A program made the position numbers and the translations under genes. 64,000 nucleotides of DNA. Source: an uncultured bacterium (lineage in GTDB: Bacteria; Patescibacteriota; Patescibacteriia; Magasanikbacterales; GWA2-37-8). The stretch lies in the NCBI GenBank assembly GCA_937903605.1, contig CALCZC010000016.1, positions 3,183 to 67,182 on the forward strand, in the 5' to 3' direction. The number at the start of each line of letters is the position of its first letter. Positions within the stretch are counted from its first letter, which is position 1. Below the pieces are notes generated by a model that saw only the letters and a list, made by a program, of their open reading frames with translations, ran no database searches and was not told the DNA's origin. Positions 1 to 7,903 of this stretch are shown in pieces.

Positions 1-279
1 TAGAATGATCGATGATAAAACGGTCTGGAGATGGAATGTATTGTGCAGAAGGGCCATCATAGAATGGCAGCGGTGCATTCTGAATTACGACCGGGACGGG
101 ATGACCATTCATGTTGAAGCAATAGTATGAGTGCCTTGATCCTCCATCCCAATATGATTGTAGGTTCATAGGGTTGTCTGAGATTTCCACACGGATTTTG
201 TTGCCGTTATAATCGATGAGAGATGCGAATTTAGTGAAAATGGGTTGAGATTTATCGAGATAAATTGTCATTCTACTAC
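1..279 (-). CDS. hypothetical protein, partial (runs off window start); ATG at 277-279 preceded by GGAGG
   Basis: Reverse-complement translation from 279 is open to position 1 with no stop; SD GGAGGTAG sits 5 nt upstream. Confidence 0.45.
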
Positions 280-552
280 CTCCATTTTATTTTTATATTT
301 GTTGTAAAAAGATTTGATGGTGAGATGAGATCTCTTGAGGTATTCTTTGATTTGATCCTCTAAATCTCCACCTCTACCAACGCAACGATTATGATTAATA
401 CACCACAAAGAATCCCATGAGGTATTGTTGTCTAAATAAAAAGACAGAAATAGTCTATTATTAATTCCCTTGGCGTTGCACACTTGACAGGACCAAGGAT
501 ATTTTTCGACATAAACTCGATATCTTTGCCCGCCTAATTTTATAGTTTTCAT
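268..552 (-). CDS. small Cys/His-rich protein (CxxC ... CINHNRC), possibly HNH-like nuclease or Zn-binding
   Basis: Start trimmed to MKTIKLGG because AGGAGG lies 7 nt upstream; Cys/His motif spacing is only weakly HNH-like. Confidence 0.45.
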   Translation of the reverse strand: MKTIKLGGQRYRVYVEKYPWSCQVCNAKGINNRLFLSFYLDNNTSWDSLWCINHNRCVGRGGDLEDQIKEYLKRSHLTIKSFYNKYKNKMEVVE

Positions 553-723
553 GTTACTCAACCTCCTTTCTCGATAAATAAACGTCATGACCTTTATTAA
601 TGGCGTTAAGTATAAACTTTTGAGCATCCACAAAATTAGACACCTTAGATGTTTCGCCAGAATATGAATCGGTTATTTCAATCACCTTATTAGATTTAAC
701 AGCGTCGATATTTAACATAATTA

Positions 724-1095
724 TCACTCCTTTTTGTCAAAATTAAAAAGACAGTCTAACGTTGTGCCAGGGCGGATGTTGCATAACTCGATAGTATAGT
801 TGTAATACTCGTGTATAGCGATGCCATGCTTATGAAGGATGGCCTTAGCGTGGTCTTCATCTTTGGCCAGTACACAGAGATTATCTAAACCATCGCCACG
901 TTCCATGTCGGACACACGGCTAAATTGGTATAACTCCCACTGTGAGATGTTTCTGACGACTTCCATGTCTGTTTGAGTATCGACATTTAATGGCTTATAA
1001 TTGACGCCGAAATACTTAGCAAATTTCTCGGCATATTCTTCTTGGCTAAACAAATGAAATGAACCATCTGGGCATAAAACTGAATATACTTGCAT
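724..1095 (-). CDS. hypothetical early protein
   Basis: ORF with AGGAGG SD when start is trimmed to MQVYSV; lies in a co-directional packed operon. Confidence 0.5.
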   Translation of the reverse strand: MQVYSVLCPDGSFHLFSQEEYAEKFAKYFGVNYKPLNVDTQTDMEVVRNISQWELYQFSRVSDMERGDGLDNLCVLAKDEDHAKAILHKHGIAIHEYYNYTIELCNIRPGTTLDCLFNFDKKE

Positions 1096-1096
1096 T

Positions 1097-1321
1097 TTAA
1101 ATGGCCTCCTTTTTCGTTGAATAACGAGCCGTATTTTTAATGAACTCATCGAGATCGTCTTCGTCTACGATATCGAAATCCGATAAACATGGGTCTATCG
1201 GAACGATTTCGAAGATATCCATGGCCTTTAGAAACTGATGGGCTACGTCTAACTCGACGCGAACGGTATAATAGCCTATAGACTTCATGACCATGTAATA
1301 AATCCATATCCTTCCGTTCAT
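1097..1321 (-). CDS. hypothetical acidic small protein
   Basis: ORF with AGGAGG SD; stop/start abuts neighbouring genes. Confidence 0.5.
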   Translation of the reverse strand: MNGRIWIYYMVMKSIGYYTVRVELDVAHQFLKAMDIFEIVPIDPCLSDFDIVDEDDLDEFIKNTARYSTKKEAI

Positions 1322-1323
1322 AA

Positions 1324-1596
1324 TTACTCCTCCTTTAAAACGAGATTAAAAATGCGAGCATCGTCTGCCGGCTCGATATAGTCGAGACCACGATATCCGT
1401 CAACGGCTGAAGATATATTATGAAATAAGCCTGCATATAGTTGAAGAGATATGTCGTCTATATTTTTAGATAATATTATCGATTCAGTCTTTTCGAGAAT
1501 ACGCTCTATGTGCCATCGAGATAAATTTATAGATGATAAATCGGGAAACAAGTCCTTAACCACATGGCACTCTTTACGGTTTAATTCGATATTCAT
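1324..1596 (-). CDS. hypothetical protein
   Basis: ORF with AAGGAGGA SD. Confidence 0.5.
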   Translation of the reverse strand: MNIELNRKECHVVKDLFPDLSSINLSRWHIERILEKTESIILSKNIDDISLQLYAGLFHNISSAVDGYRGLDYIEPADDARIFNLVLKEE

Positions 1597-1598
1597 GG

Positions 1599-1886
1599 CT
1601 ATTCCTCCTTTAAGTATTCGGCTCTTTCTTGGAGCCAGTAATATTGTTCTTCTGATAACGGCCCGTCTTTTGGGACGTTAAAAGTGTTATTATAGAACCA
1701 ATAATGAGCACTTATATAATATGCGTCTTTACCCCTTACCTTCAAAATGCGATAGTCTGGACGGTCATACTCTCCATGACGAAGTGTATAGTTGCCGCCC
1801 TGTTGATAACGGATGATGTTATTTTTGTCTTTAAAAGATGTAAAGCCAGCATCTCTTAGAAGTTGCTGGAGATATTGTTTTTTCAT
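1599..1886 (-). CDS. hypothetical protein (start trimmed to MKKQYL)
   Basis: AAGGAGGG SD lies 6 nt before the ATG at 1886; a terminator hairpin sits just upstream. Confidence 0.5.
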   Translation of the reverse strand: MKKQYLQQLLRDAGFTSFKDKNNIIRYQQGGNYTLRHGEYDRPDYRILKVRGKDAYYISAHYWFYNNTFNVPKDGPLSEEQYYWLQERAEYLKEE

Positions 1887-1897
1887 AAATGCCCTCC

Positions 1898-1937
1898 TTA
1901 AAATTAAAAACCGCCACCACATTATTGTGATGACGGT
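1898..1937 (-). terminator. rho-independent terminator (11-bp stem with 2 G-U pairs, loop AAUAAU, U-run)
   Basis: Minus strand reads ACCGUCAUCAC-aauaau-GUGGUGGCGGU followed by UUUUUAAUUUU. Confidence 0.55.
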
Positions 1938-2076
1938 CTATGTTATTTTATAGCCTTAATCGCAGCGGCTAAATAGTCAGCAAAATTAGACGGTGCAGAT
2001 TTAACCGTCTTGACCTTGGTGGGTTTAGGTCTATAAGGCTGGTCAATTGCCTTAATGACCTGGGATATGGGTTTAA

Positions 2077-2298
2077 TCATTCTTCGACCTTTATAACCCG
2101 AATCTCTTTCGAGAAAGGGTTGAAGTCAGCCTTTATAAAGGCAGTCTGATTGATAAGACGTTTGGCCATAGAAAGAATGGTCCTGTCTGTCGATTTTAAT
2201 GACATGGCACAGCCAGGGTCAGTCATGTCGTGCCACTGCTCGATTATGAAAGAGTCTTTTGATACATAAGTAATTTCGGCCTTGATGTTGATTAACAT
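2077..2298 (-). CDS. hypothetical protein
   Basis: ORF with AGGAGGCAAT SD. Confidence 0.5.
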   Translation of the reverse strand: MLINIKAEITYVSKDSFIIEQWHDMTDPGCAMSLKSTDRTILSMAKRLINQTAFIKADFNPFSKEIRVIKVEE

Positions 2299-2318
2299 AA
2301 TTGCCTCCTAATTGCCTC

Positions 2319-2603
2319 CTAGAATTTTATCGGAACGTTATATTTGCAGTTGTCGCGGTGGCACGACGATAGGAGTCCCATCGGAAAGCACATTCCGCAG
2401 GGTTTGTCGCGTTCGGGCGCGATATACTGTTTTACACCGGCCCTGTCGTTGTAGAATACATGGTATGTATTCCACTCCGCGTCAAATTCTGTCCCGACAG
2501 TTATGTCAGGAGGGACAATCATTAGCAGACAGTTTTCAATGATACGTGCTTGGTTGCGCGTCTCAAACATTTTTGACAGTTTGATATCGGTTGTAGTCTT
2601 CAT
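2319..2603 (-). CDS. hypothetical protein
   Basis: ORF with AGGAGG SD. Confidence 0.5.
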   Translation of the reverse strand: MKTTTDIKLSKMFETRNQARIIENCLLMIVPPDITVGTEFDAEWNTYHVFYNDRAGVKQYIAPERDKPCGMCFPMGLLSSCHRDNCKYNVPIKF

Positions 2604-2642
2604 AATTACCTCCTAAGTTTAAAGACATTTCGGTCTATTGGA

Positions 2643-2897
2643 TTAATTGTTTTTAACGAGTCTAACAAGTCCCACAGCGCGAGGGCCATATCCAAGGTCG
2701 GGGAACATGTTATTTAATCTGCACGGTGATGTCCTGACGGTCAGGTCTCCGTTGGTTTTGATTTTAGTCTCAAGGATCAAACGAGCCAGAAGTGTCTCGT
2801 CTAATCCTAACTTGTGGACTGATACATAATCGCCCGTCTGATATGCAGTCCATAACATATTAAAAGCGTTATTCAGTTTGCGTCCAGCGTCTGTCAT
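2643..2897 (-). CDS. hypothetical protein (start trimmed to MTDAGRK)
   Basis: AGGAGGC SD before the ATG at 2897; the upstream part of the track ORF overlaps a terminator hairpin. Confidence 0.45.
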   Translation of the reverse strand: MTDAGRKLNNAFNMLWTAYQTGDYVSVHKLGLDETLLARLILETKIKTNGDLTVRTSPCRLNNMFPDLGYGPRAVGLVRLVKNN

Positions 2898-2919
2898 AAA
2901 ATGCCTCCTATTTATTTTT

Positions 2920-2959
2920 GATATTAAAATGACCGCCACTACATTTCTGTAATGACGGT
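2920..2959 (-). terminator. rho-independent terminator, paralog of 1898-1937 with compensatory stem changes
   Basis: Minus strand reads ACCGUCAUUAC-agaaau-GUAGUGGCGGU then CAUUUUAAUAU; CAC/GUG is replaced by UAC/GUA so pairing is kept. Confidence 0.55.
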
Positions 2960-3074
2960 CTCAAAAGAAAATATAAATCGGTATTTTATCTGTCTGTATC
3001 AATTGCCGATATACCAAAAGATACACGATACACTATTGTATCAACAATCGGATATGCAATTCATAGGTTGCCAG

Positions 3075-3165
3075 CCGTCTTCGCATACCGTCTATTACTA
3101 TTCAGGCAGCAAGGCCCGTCTATCGTCTTCGATTGGTCATTCCAATCCGACCAATAGCCGTCTAT
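3075..3165. repeat. CCGTCTAT iteron-like repeats (3 exact copies at 3088, 3116, 3158 plus CCGTCTTC/CGTCTTCG variants) and 7-bp inverted repeat ATTGGTC/GACCAAT
   Basis: Direct reading; the region 2960-3360 has no minus-strand ORF and no SD. Confidence 0.5.
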
Positions 3166-3479
3166 GCTAACCGTCGAGCCACATCTATTGTGGACTTCCC
3201 CATCTATCTTAAAACTGCAATGCAGCAATGATAGAATTATATCGTCTAGTTCCTGTAAGGGCGCAAGCGTATCAACCAGGCGGATTACTCAGCCGTCCAG
3301 CGGATCGTACAAGCTCGACGATACAACACGGAAAATATATCGAGGTCAATCATCGTGAGTTGGTTTAACACGGTGATATATTTTCCGTTCGCTTGCTTGT
3401 GTGTTTTATTTTTTTTTTTACACAAACTTACTTGCAACACAAACTAATACCCATTAGGTATTGTTTGTTTGCTTATTTC

Positions 3480-3745
3480 GCGCCCGTCTCTTATTGGCCC
3501 ATTTTTTCACTGCACCTGAGCTTTATCGCCCTGTTACAAGCCGCTTGTGGTAACCATAGTGGTTAGCACTAAGCGGGTCGTAACCCTCATTGCAACGCCC
3601 CTTATAATCGAGGTAGGCCAGTCGGCCGACTGGCTATATAAAAAAGCTACTGGCCTAATAACTTTGCGTCCCATCCGGCCTTGATGGAACGCCTATTTTA
3701 CGCCGCCCGCCCCGTTACAAGCGGGCCGGCGTGATATTGGTTTTT
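3480..3745. other. GC-rich structured noncoding segment with two GTTACAAGC-containing hairpins and an 18-bp perfect palindrome GCCAGTCGGCCGACTGGC at 3616-3633
   Basis: Local GC is far above the window average; hairpins at 3533-3560 and 3696-3730, the latter followed at a distance by T6. Confidence 0.4.
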
Positions 3746-4056
3746 TAGGCGTCAAATTTGACGCCGTCACGGGCGATATAGCTCGGATCCGTCAGGTAAC
3801 GGATTAACCTCGTCCGTGTTGTCTGTTTTCCGGCTTTGTTTGCCGCTTTAATAGCGGCGTTGTTTTCTGCGATGGAGATTTTCAGCTCGGCCCCTGCTAA
3901 GACCTCGTTAATCTCGAGACCGAAGGCCCGTTTGAAAAAATAACTCATGGAGGGCGCGCCCATTAATACGCCCTCTCTTGCTGCTGATACAGTAATCCCA
4001 GATGTCTTTAATTCTGTGATTAACCCCACGACCCTTGCTAATTCTGCTTTTTTCAT
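3745..4056 (-). CDS. HU/IHF-like histone-like DNA-binding protein, divergent (arm region shortened)
   Basis: N-terminal MKKAELARVVG and C-terminal FG.EI..V....ELKISIAENNAAIKAANKAGK match the HU pattern MNKxELI...GFGxFEV...GEEIEIPA..VPAFKAGKALKDA; GC is about 48 percent versus about 33 percent around it; AAGGTGGA SD. Confidence 0.35.
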   Translation of the reverse strand: MKKAELARVVGLITELKTSGITVSAAREGVLMGAPSMSYFFKRAFGLEINEVLAGAELKISIAENNAAIKAANKAGKQTTRTRLIRYLTDPSYIARDGVKFDA

Positions 4057-4109
4057 ATTGTTTCCACCTTTGCTTTTAATTTCAACGGTTTTGCCCCGCT
4101 GATATCTTA

Positions 4110-4138
4110 ATTATACCATATACCCATTTTATTGTCAA
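4110..4138 (-). promoter_or_regulatory. consensus sigma-A promoter for the HU-like gene: TTGACA-17-TATAAT with TGn
   Basis: Minus strand reads TTGACAataaaatgggtatatggTATAAT. Confidence 0.55.
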
Positions 4139-4582
4139 GTTATTTTTTTAATCATGAAACATATTGATTTTATTGCCATTTTCGGCATATTTTATTAATC
4201 AATTTTAAGTTTTTTTTTAAATATCTTTAAAAATTTAACACGATTTATTGACAACAAATAAATTTTATTGCAATTCAATTAATACTTTACATGATTAATA
4301 AATAAATAATTTATGATCCTGATATTATAATCCAGGCGCGGCATATCACAATATAATATATTAGCGTTATTGGAGATTGCAGTAGAATGAGCGTGTTTCA
4401 GACAGGGGAGTTTGTAATAGGCTGATTTTGCAGGGCAAGACGGGGGCTTAACAGTTCATCTTTACACGTGGCCCTCTTTTTCGAACCACCCTATCCGATA
4501 ATATTCCTTGCATATGCCCACACTTTCATTATCTCCCTACAGCCATAAACGTTTTGCCACATTTATCGCAATAACACATCTA

Positions 4583-4658
4583 TAAAAGTGCATGAAATGA
4601 TGCAGTGTTATTGTCTATAAATTATACTCAAAATATAAAAGTGCATGAAATCATGCAC
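4583..4658. repeat. two copies of ATAAAAGTGCATGAAAT(G/C)ATGCA 52 bp apart; second copy is a perfect 8+8 palindrome GTGCATGA-aa-TCATGCAC
   Basis: Direct reading; operator-like. Confidence 0.5.
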
Positions 4659-4675
4659 ATGTATATATAGTATAT

Positions 4676-4733
4676 GTTGCAAATTGCAACATCGACATTG
4701 CAAAATGCAACATAATACAGTTACATAATGTAA
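4676..4733. repeat. cluster of short palindromes GTTGCAAaTTGCAAC, TTGCAaaaTGCAA, TTACATaATGTAA
   Basis: Direct reading. Confidence 0.5.
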
Positions 4734-4778
4734 CGCAGAATCTTCTAAATTATCTAAACTCTTAAAATATGCATGTGG

Positions 4779-4851
4779 TAATTATCGTTTATCTTACCGA
4801 AACATTAATAAAGCGCAGCGTATTAATGTTGAGGTATAGTAAACGATAATT
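4779..4851. repeat. 73-bp nested inverted repeat: outer 12-bp arms AATTATCGTTTA/TAAACGATAATT enclosing inner 10-bp arms AACATTAATA/TATTAATGTT with symmetric 9-nt internal spacers
   Basis: Direct reading; no flanking T-run, so it is not a simple terminator. Confidence 0.55.
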
Positions 4852-4860
4852 GGGGTCGAT

Positions 4861-5110
4861 ATAGGGAGGTTATGGAAGATAGGCAACGCCATAGGTAAAT
4901 GGCAGGAAATAGCGTTATAATAGCGTTAATAAGGCCATAAATAAGGTAATGTAAGTATATTGAATAGTAACTGAATAGGAAGTGTATAGGTAAAAGAAAA
5001 GATGCTTAGAAATAGAAAATAGCCCTGTAAGGAGCGTAACAGAGCTATCTTCTTAGGAGGCAATCACCGTAAACAACAACCGAGAGGAAAGATGAATCTT
5101 AGGAGAAAAC
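4861..5110 (+). repeat. purine-rich tract (plus strand) with about 12 ATAGG/ATAAGG/ATAGCG motifs, several spaced about 11 bp; includes tandem ATAGCGTTA x2
   Basis: Direct reading; no ORF of 60 aa or more on either strand. Confidence 0.4.
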
Positions 5111-5191
5111 TAGATCTTCATCGAATCAATTCTAATCATAACATATAAAATTAGATATGTCAACAGTGATTAAAAAATAGACAAAGTTATT

Positions 5192-5443
5192 TTATTCTCC
5201 ATTGCTATTAATATAGATTACTTTTATCTCTTCGCAGGATATAATTAGCTCTCCGCCTTTGCCATCTATAAATATTCCTAAACCTGGACTAAGAGTTTCG
5301 CAGAATTTAAAATGCCATGTATCGTAGCCATCGTTATATAATAATGAATGATGATCGTTGACAGAATCAAGTTCTTCTTCTGTCTTTGCTGCTATAAAAG
5401 TTTGGATTCTATCTATTGTAACTGATAATTGATCTTTAGTCAT
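5192..5443 (-). CDS. hypothetical protein
   Basis: ORF with AAGGAG SD. Confidence 0.5.
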   Translation of the reverse strand: MTKDQLSVTIDRIQTFIAAKTEEELDSVNDHHSLLYNDGYDTWHFKFCETLSPGLGIFIDGKGGELIISCEEIKVIYINSNGE

Positions 5444-5445
5444 AA

Positions 5446-6012
5446 TTACTCCTTCATCAATGTAATGGTTTTGGGCTGTGGTTGGCTGGGAATAAACCTT
5501 ATATTTATCTCAGACACCGTGCGAGTATATCTTTCGGATGGAAGAGAATCAAACAAAATAACCCAACTTGTGTTATCCCTATTTAATTCCATGCTCGCCA
5601 TCATCTCGACAATACCTTCTCTTAAATTATTTGCCGCCTCAATAGCAGCATCTTCTTGAAGTCTATTGATAAGTTCGAACTCACGTAAAACCATATTCTC
5701 AAAACTTCCAATTTTCTGAAATATACTGCCCCGAGTAGAAAATAATTGAATAACTCCTAAAACTGTTTCATCTCTTTTATACCCAGTATAGGCATACTTC
5801 TTACTATTATCTGGACACTTATACTCCCAATTATAATATTTAGGTATAGAATCGGATTCCATTTCATTTTCTTCAATCTCCAGATACTTACAGATATAGA
5901 GATGATAGCAATATGGGTTAAAGGCAAGGAATATATCCATATAATTCAATTTGGAGTAAATAGTTTGAAAAAACATATTCGCGTTCGTTTTAATCTTTTC
6001 TTTAAAATCCAT
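5446..6012 (-). CDS. hypothetical protein (188 aa)
   Basis: ORF with AAGGAG SD. Confidence 0.5.
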   Translation of the reverse strand: MDFKEKIKTNANMFFQTIYSKLNYMDIFLAFNPYCYHLYICKYLEIEENEMESDSIPKYYNWEYKCPDNSKKYAYTGYKRDETVLGVIQLFSTRGSIFQKIGSFENMVLREFELINRLQEDAAIEAANNLREGIVEMMASMELNRDNTSWVILFDSLPSERYTRTVSEINIRFIPSQPQPKTITLMKE

Positions 6013-6029
6013 TTAAAATACTCCTTTAT

Positions 6030-6401
6030 CTATTTCATTTTCTTTCTATTGACATCTAATAACTTCTTTAACCCTGCCTTAGTTAACCCTTGATTTAATA
6101 CATTGCCTGGGAGAGGTGTTGAATAATAGCTGACCCACTCCCCTCTTTCTGAATTATTAACTGATATATGCAAAGATATAAACTCAGGGCTTATATTTAA
6201 AAATACTATATCTGCTATGGACTCGCTATCTCTGAAGTTTTTCGGCAATAACTTTTCGGAATCTTCAACATATTCAAATCTAACTCCTAATTCTTGTAAT
6301 AGTTCGATTCGTTCAAGAACATTAAATAAAAGAATGTTTTCAAGCGTATGCGCTGATTTTCTAAGATGTTGCAGCAATTTAAGCATTTCTATTGTGTGCA
6401 T
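6030..6401 (-). CDS. hypothetical protein
   Basis: ORF in the operon; weak SD. Confidence 0.45.
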   Translation of the reverse strand: MHTIEMLKLLQHLRKSAHTLENILLFNVLERIELLQELGVRFEYVEDSEKLLPKNFRDSESIADIVFLNISPEFISLHISVNNSERGEWVSYYSTPLPGNVLNQGLTKAGLKKLLDVNRKKMK

Positions 6402-6636
6402 TATTTTTCCTTTCGTAATACTTATTTAATTTAAACAGCTTTTTAATTGGTAGTTTGTTAAGATAATTTAGATCGATGTTGTTATTAAAAGATGCTATAT
6501 TCTGTATTAATTCCTGTTTCTTATTGCCTTTTACATTATCGTTGATATATTTAAGTCTTTTAAATGCTGCGTTAAAGTATTCTCTAAACTTGGGGTCTTC
6601 TAAGTTGCTTTTAAGATATTCATCAAAATCAATCAC
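6379..6636 (-). CDS. hypothetical protein, GTG start
   Basis: GGAGGT SD 6 nt before the GTG; overlaps the downstream gene by 23 nt. Confidence 0.4.
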   Translation of the reverse strand: MIDFDEYLKSNLEDPKFREYFNAAFKRLKYINDNVKGNKKQELIQNIASFNNNIDLNYLNKLPIKKLFKLNKYYERKNNAHNRNA

Positions 6637-6638
6637 AA

Positions 6639-6839
6639 TTATACCTCCACATTCTCAGGTGGCTCTATATGCTTTGATGGCATACAATGATCGGGTAATG
6701 GGCATTTTTCCCCAATTCCTTTATGAATATCTATTTGTTCATTAGTTTTTGAACATTTGTGATTAAACTGATATCCAATACTAAAGTAAGCAAATGGACA
6801 ATCTCCACATTTTTCAACTATCATCTCAAGTTTCTTCAT
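6639..6839 (-). CDS. small Cys-rich (CGDC ... C ... C) protein
   Basis: ORF; Cys spacing suggests metal binding. Confidence 0.4.
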   Translation of the reverse strand: MKKLEMIVEKCGDCPFAYFSIGYQFNHKCSKTNEQIDIHKGIGEKCPLPDHCMPSKHIEPPENVEV

Positions 6840-6848
6840 ATTTGCTCC

Positions 6849-7031
6849 TTAAAACTTTTTAATGGCCTCGTTTAATATTTCTTTGTAGTCTTCGTATAGT
6901 GCCTTATATAGTTCCTTCATCATCTTAAGTTCTGCCATTGCCCTTGCCGGCGTTATTGATCTGCCTTCTTTGGCATATATAAACTCTTCTATTTTATCTG
7001 CACATGAATCAAATACCTCAGTTGTTTTCAT
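6849..7031 (-). CDS. hypothetical small helical protein
   Basis: ORF. Confidence 0.4.
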   Translation of the reverse strand: MKTTEVFDSCADKIEEFIYAKEGRSITPARAMAELKMMKELYKALYEDYKEILNEAIKKF

Positions 7032-7033
7032 GT

Positions 7034-7252
7034 TTACTCCTTATCATTTAACCAATTAGTAAACGCTGCTTTAAATTGACATATGCAGTCAGCATATAGA
7101 AAATCATGATTATAATGAGCGTCTTCATTTCTACAATCTTTAATCCCTGCTACAAACATTTCTGGGTTAAAGTGACATGTTTCGCCGTAAGGGATAGACA
7201 TAAATTTATTGCACGCCACCTCACAACAAGCGTCTTTCCAAGTTCTATTCAT
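7034..7252 (-). CDS. Cys-rich small protein
   Basis: ORF with 8 Cys in 72 aa. Confidence 0.4.
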   Translation of the reverse strand: MNRTWKDACCEVACNKFMSIPYGETCHFNPEMFVAGIKDCRNEDAHYNHDFLYADCICQFKAAFTNWLNDKE

Positions 7253-7451
7253 CGTGGGCCTCCTCGGCGATAGGCTCTAACTTATGCAATTTATGAATAC
7301 GATCGCCATAACATCCCGATAATTTATTGCCACACATCGGGCAATAGAGAGTTCCTGGAGAATTAAGATGTTGCCCACCGTAGTCGCTAAATGTTCCGTG
7401 AAATTTAGATTTACATGCTTGACATCTAAAATTGGTCGTATATACTTTCAT
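7245..7451 (-). CDS. zinc-ribbon protein (CxxC ... CxxC)
   Basis: CQAC ... CPMC motifs. Confidence 0.45.
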   Translation of the reverse strand: MKVYTTNFRCQACKSKFHGTFSDYGGQHLNSPGTLYCPMCGNKLSGCYGDRIHKLHKLEPIAEEAHDE

Positions 7452-7828
7452 TTCCCCTCCTCGCTTTCTCTGCGCTGGCCCGCAGAACAGAAACTCAACA
7501 AATCAACTTCGCCAATGGCCGAATATTTAATTTCTTCATCACAGGCGCCGTCGTTCCAAATACAATCTTTGCAATAAACAACCTCCGGCCTCTTTTCCAG
7601 CTCGGCTTTGAGGCGGGAGATTTCATGTTTGTAGTATATTATTTCGTTGTTCAATGCACCGAAAGTTTCGGCAAGTCCAGAATTGGCTTTTTCTAACCGC
7701 TCAATCTCTGCGTCAATCTGCTCTACTGCCTTGGCAACTTTTTCTTGTATTGGCTTTCCGTCATCCACCTCATAATATCCATATAACAAATGTAAATATT
7801 TTTTAATTATCTCAAGGTCTTTGTTCAT
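7448..7828 (-). CDS. coiled-coil protein with C-terminal Cys cluster
   Basis: Heptad-like E/K-rich region; CKDC ... C. Confidence 0.45.
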   Translation of the reverse strand: MNKDLEIIKKYLHLLYGYYEVDDGKPIQEKVAKAVEQIDAEIERLEKANSGLAETFGALNNEIIYYKHEISRLKAELEKRPEVVYCKDCIWNDGACDEEIKYSAIGEVDLLSFCSAGQRRESEEGK

Positions 7829-7903
7829 TTATATAGCTCCTCATATATCCATTTATGCTCGGATAGCTTGGCATTCTCTTTTTATTCTTTTATTATCTTT
7901 GTT

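Noticed and set aside
2952-3358. Plus-strand ORFs 2952-3170 and 3164-3358
   Set aside because: They have no SD and lie on the opposite strand to all neighbouring genes, inside the iteron-bearing noncoding stretch.
3480-3745. tRNA or tmRNA hidden in the GC-rich structured segment (TAGTGGTTAGCAC resembles a D-arm)
   Set aside because: I could not assemble a complete cloverleaf on either strand by hand, and no T-arm GGTTCGAATCC-like element is present. It is left as an unresolved structured region rather than called.
3696-3746. Plus-strand terminator: hairpin CGCCGCCCGCC ... GCGGGCCGGCG followed by T6
   Set aside because: The T-run starts 13 nt after the stem and no plus-strand gene ends here. 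It may be part of the structured element instead.
5090-5146. 18-aa plus-strand mini-ORF with a GAGAGGAAAG SD in the purine tract
   Set aside because: It is too short and unsupported, and probably a chance frame in purine-rich DNA.
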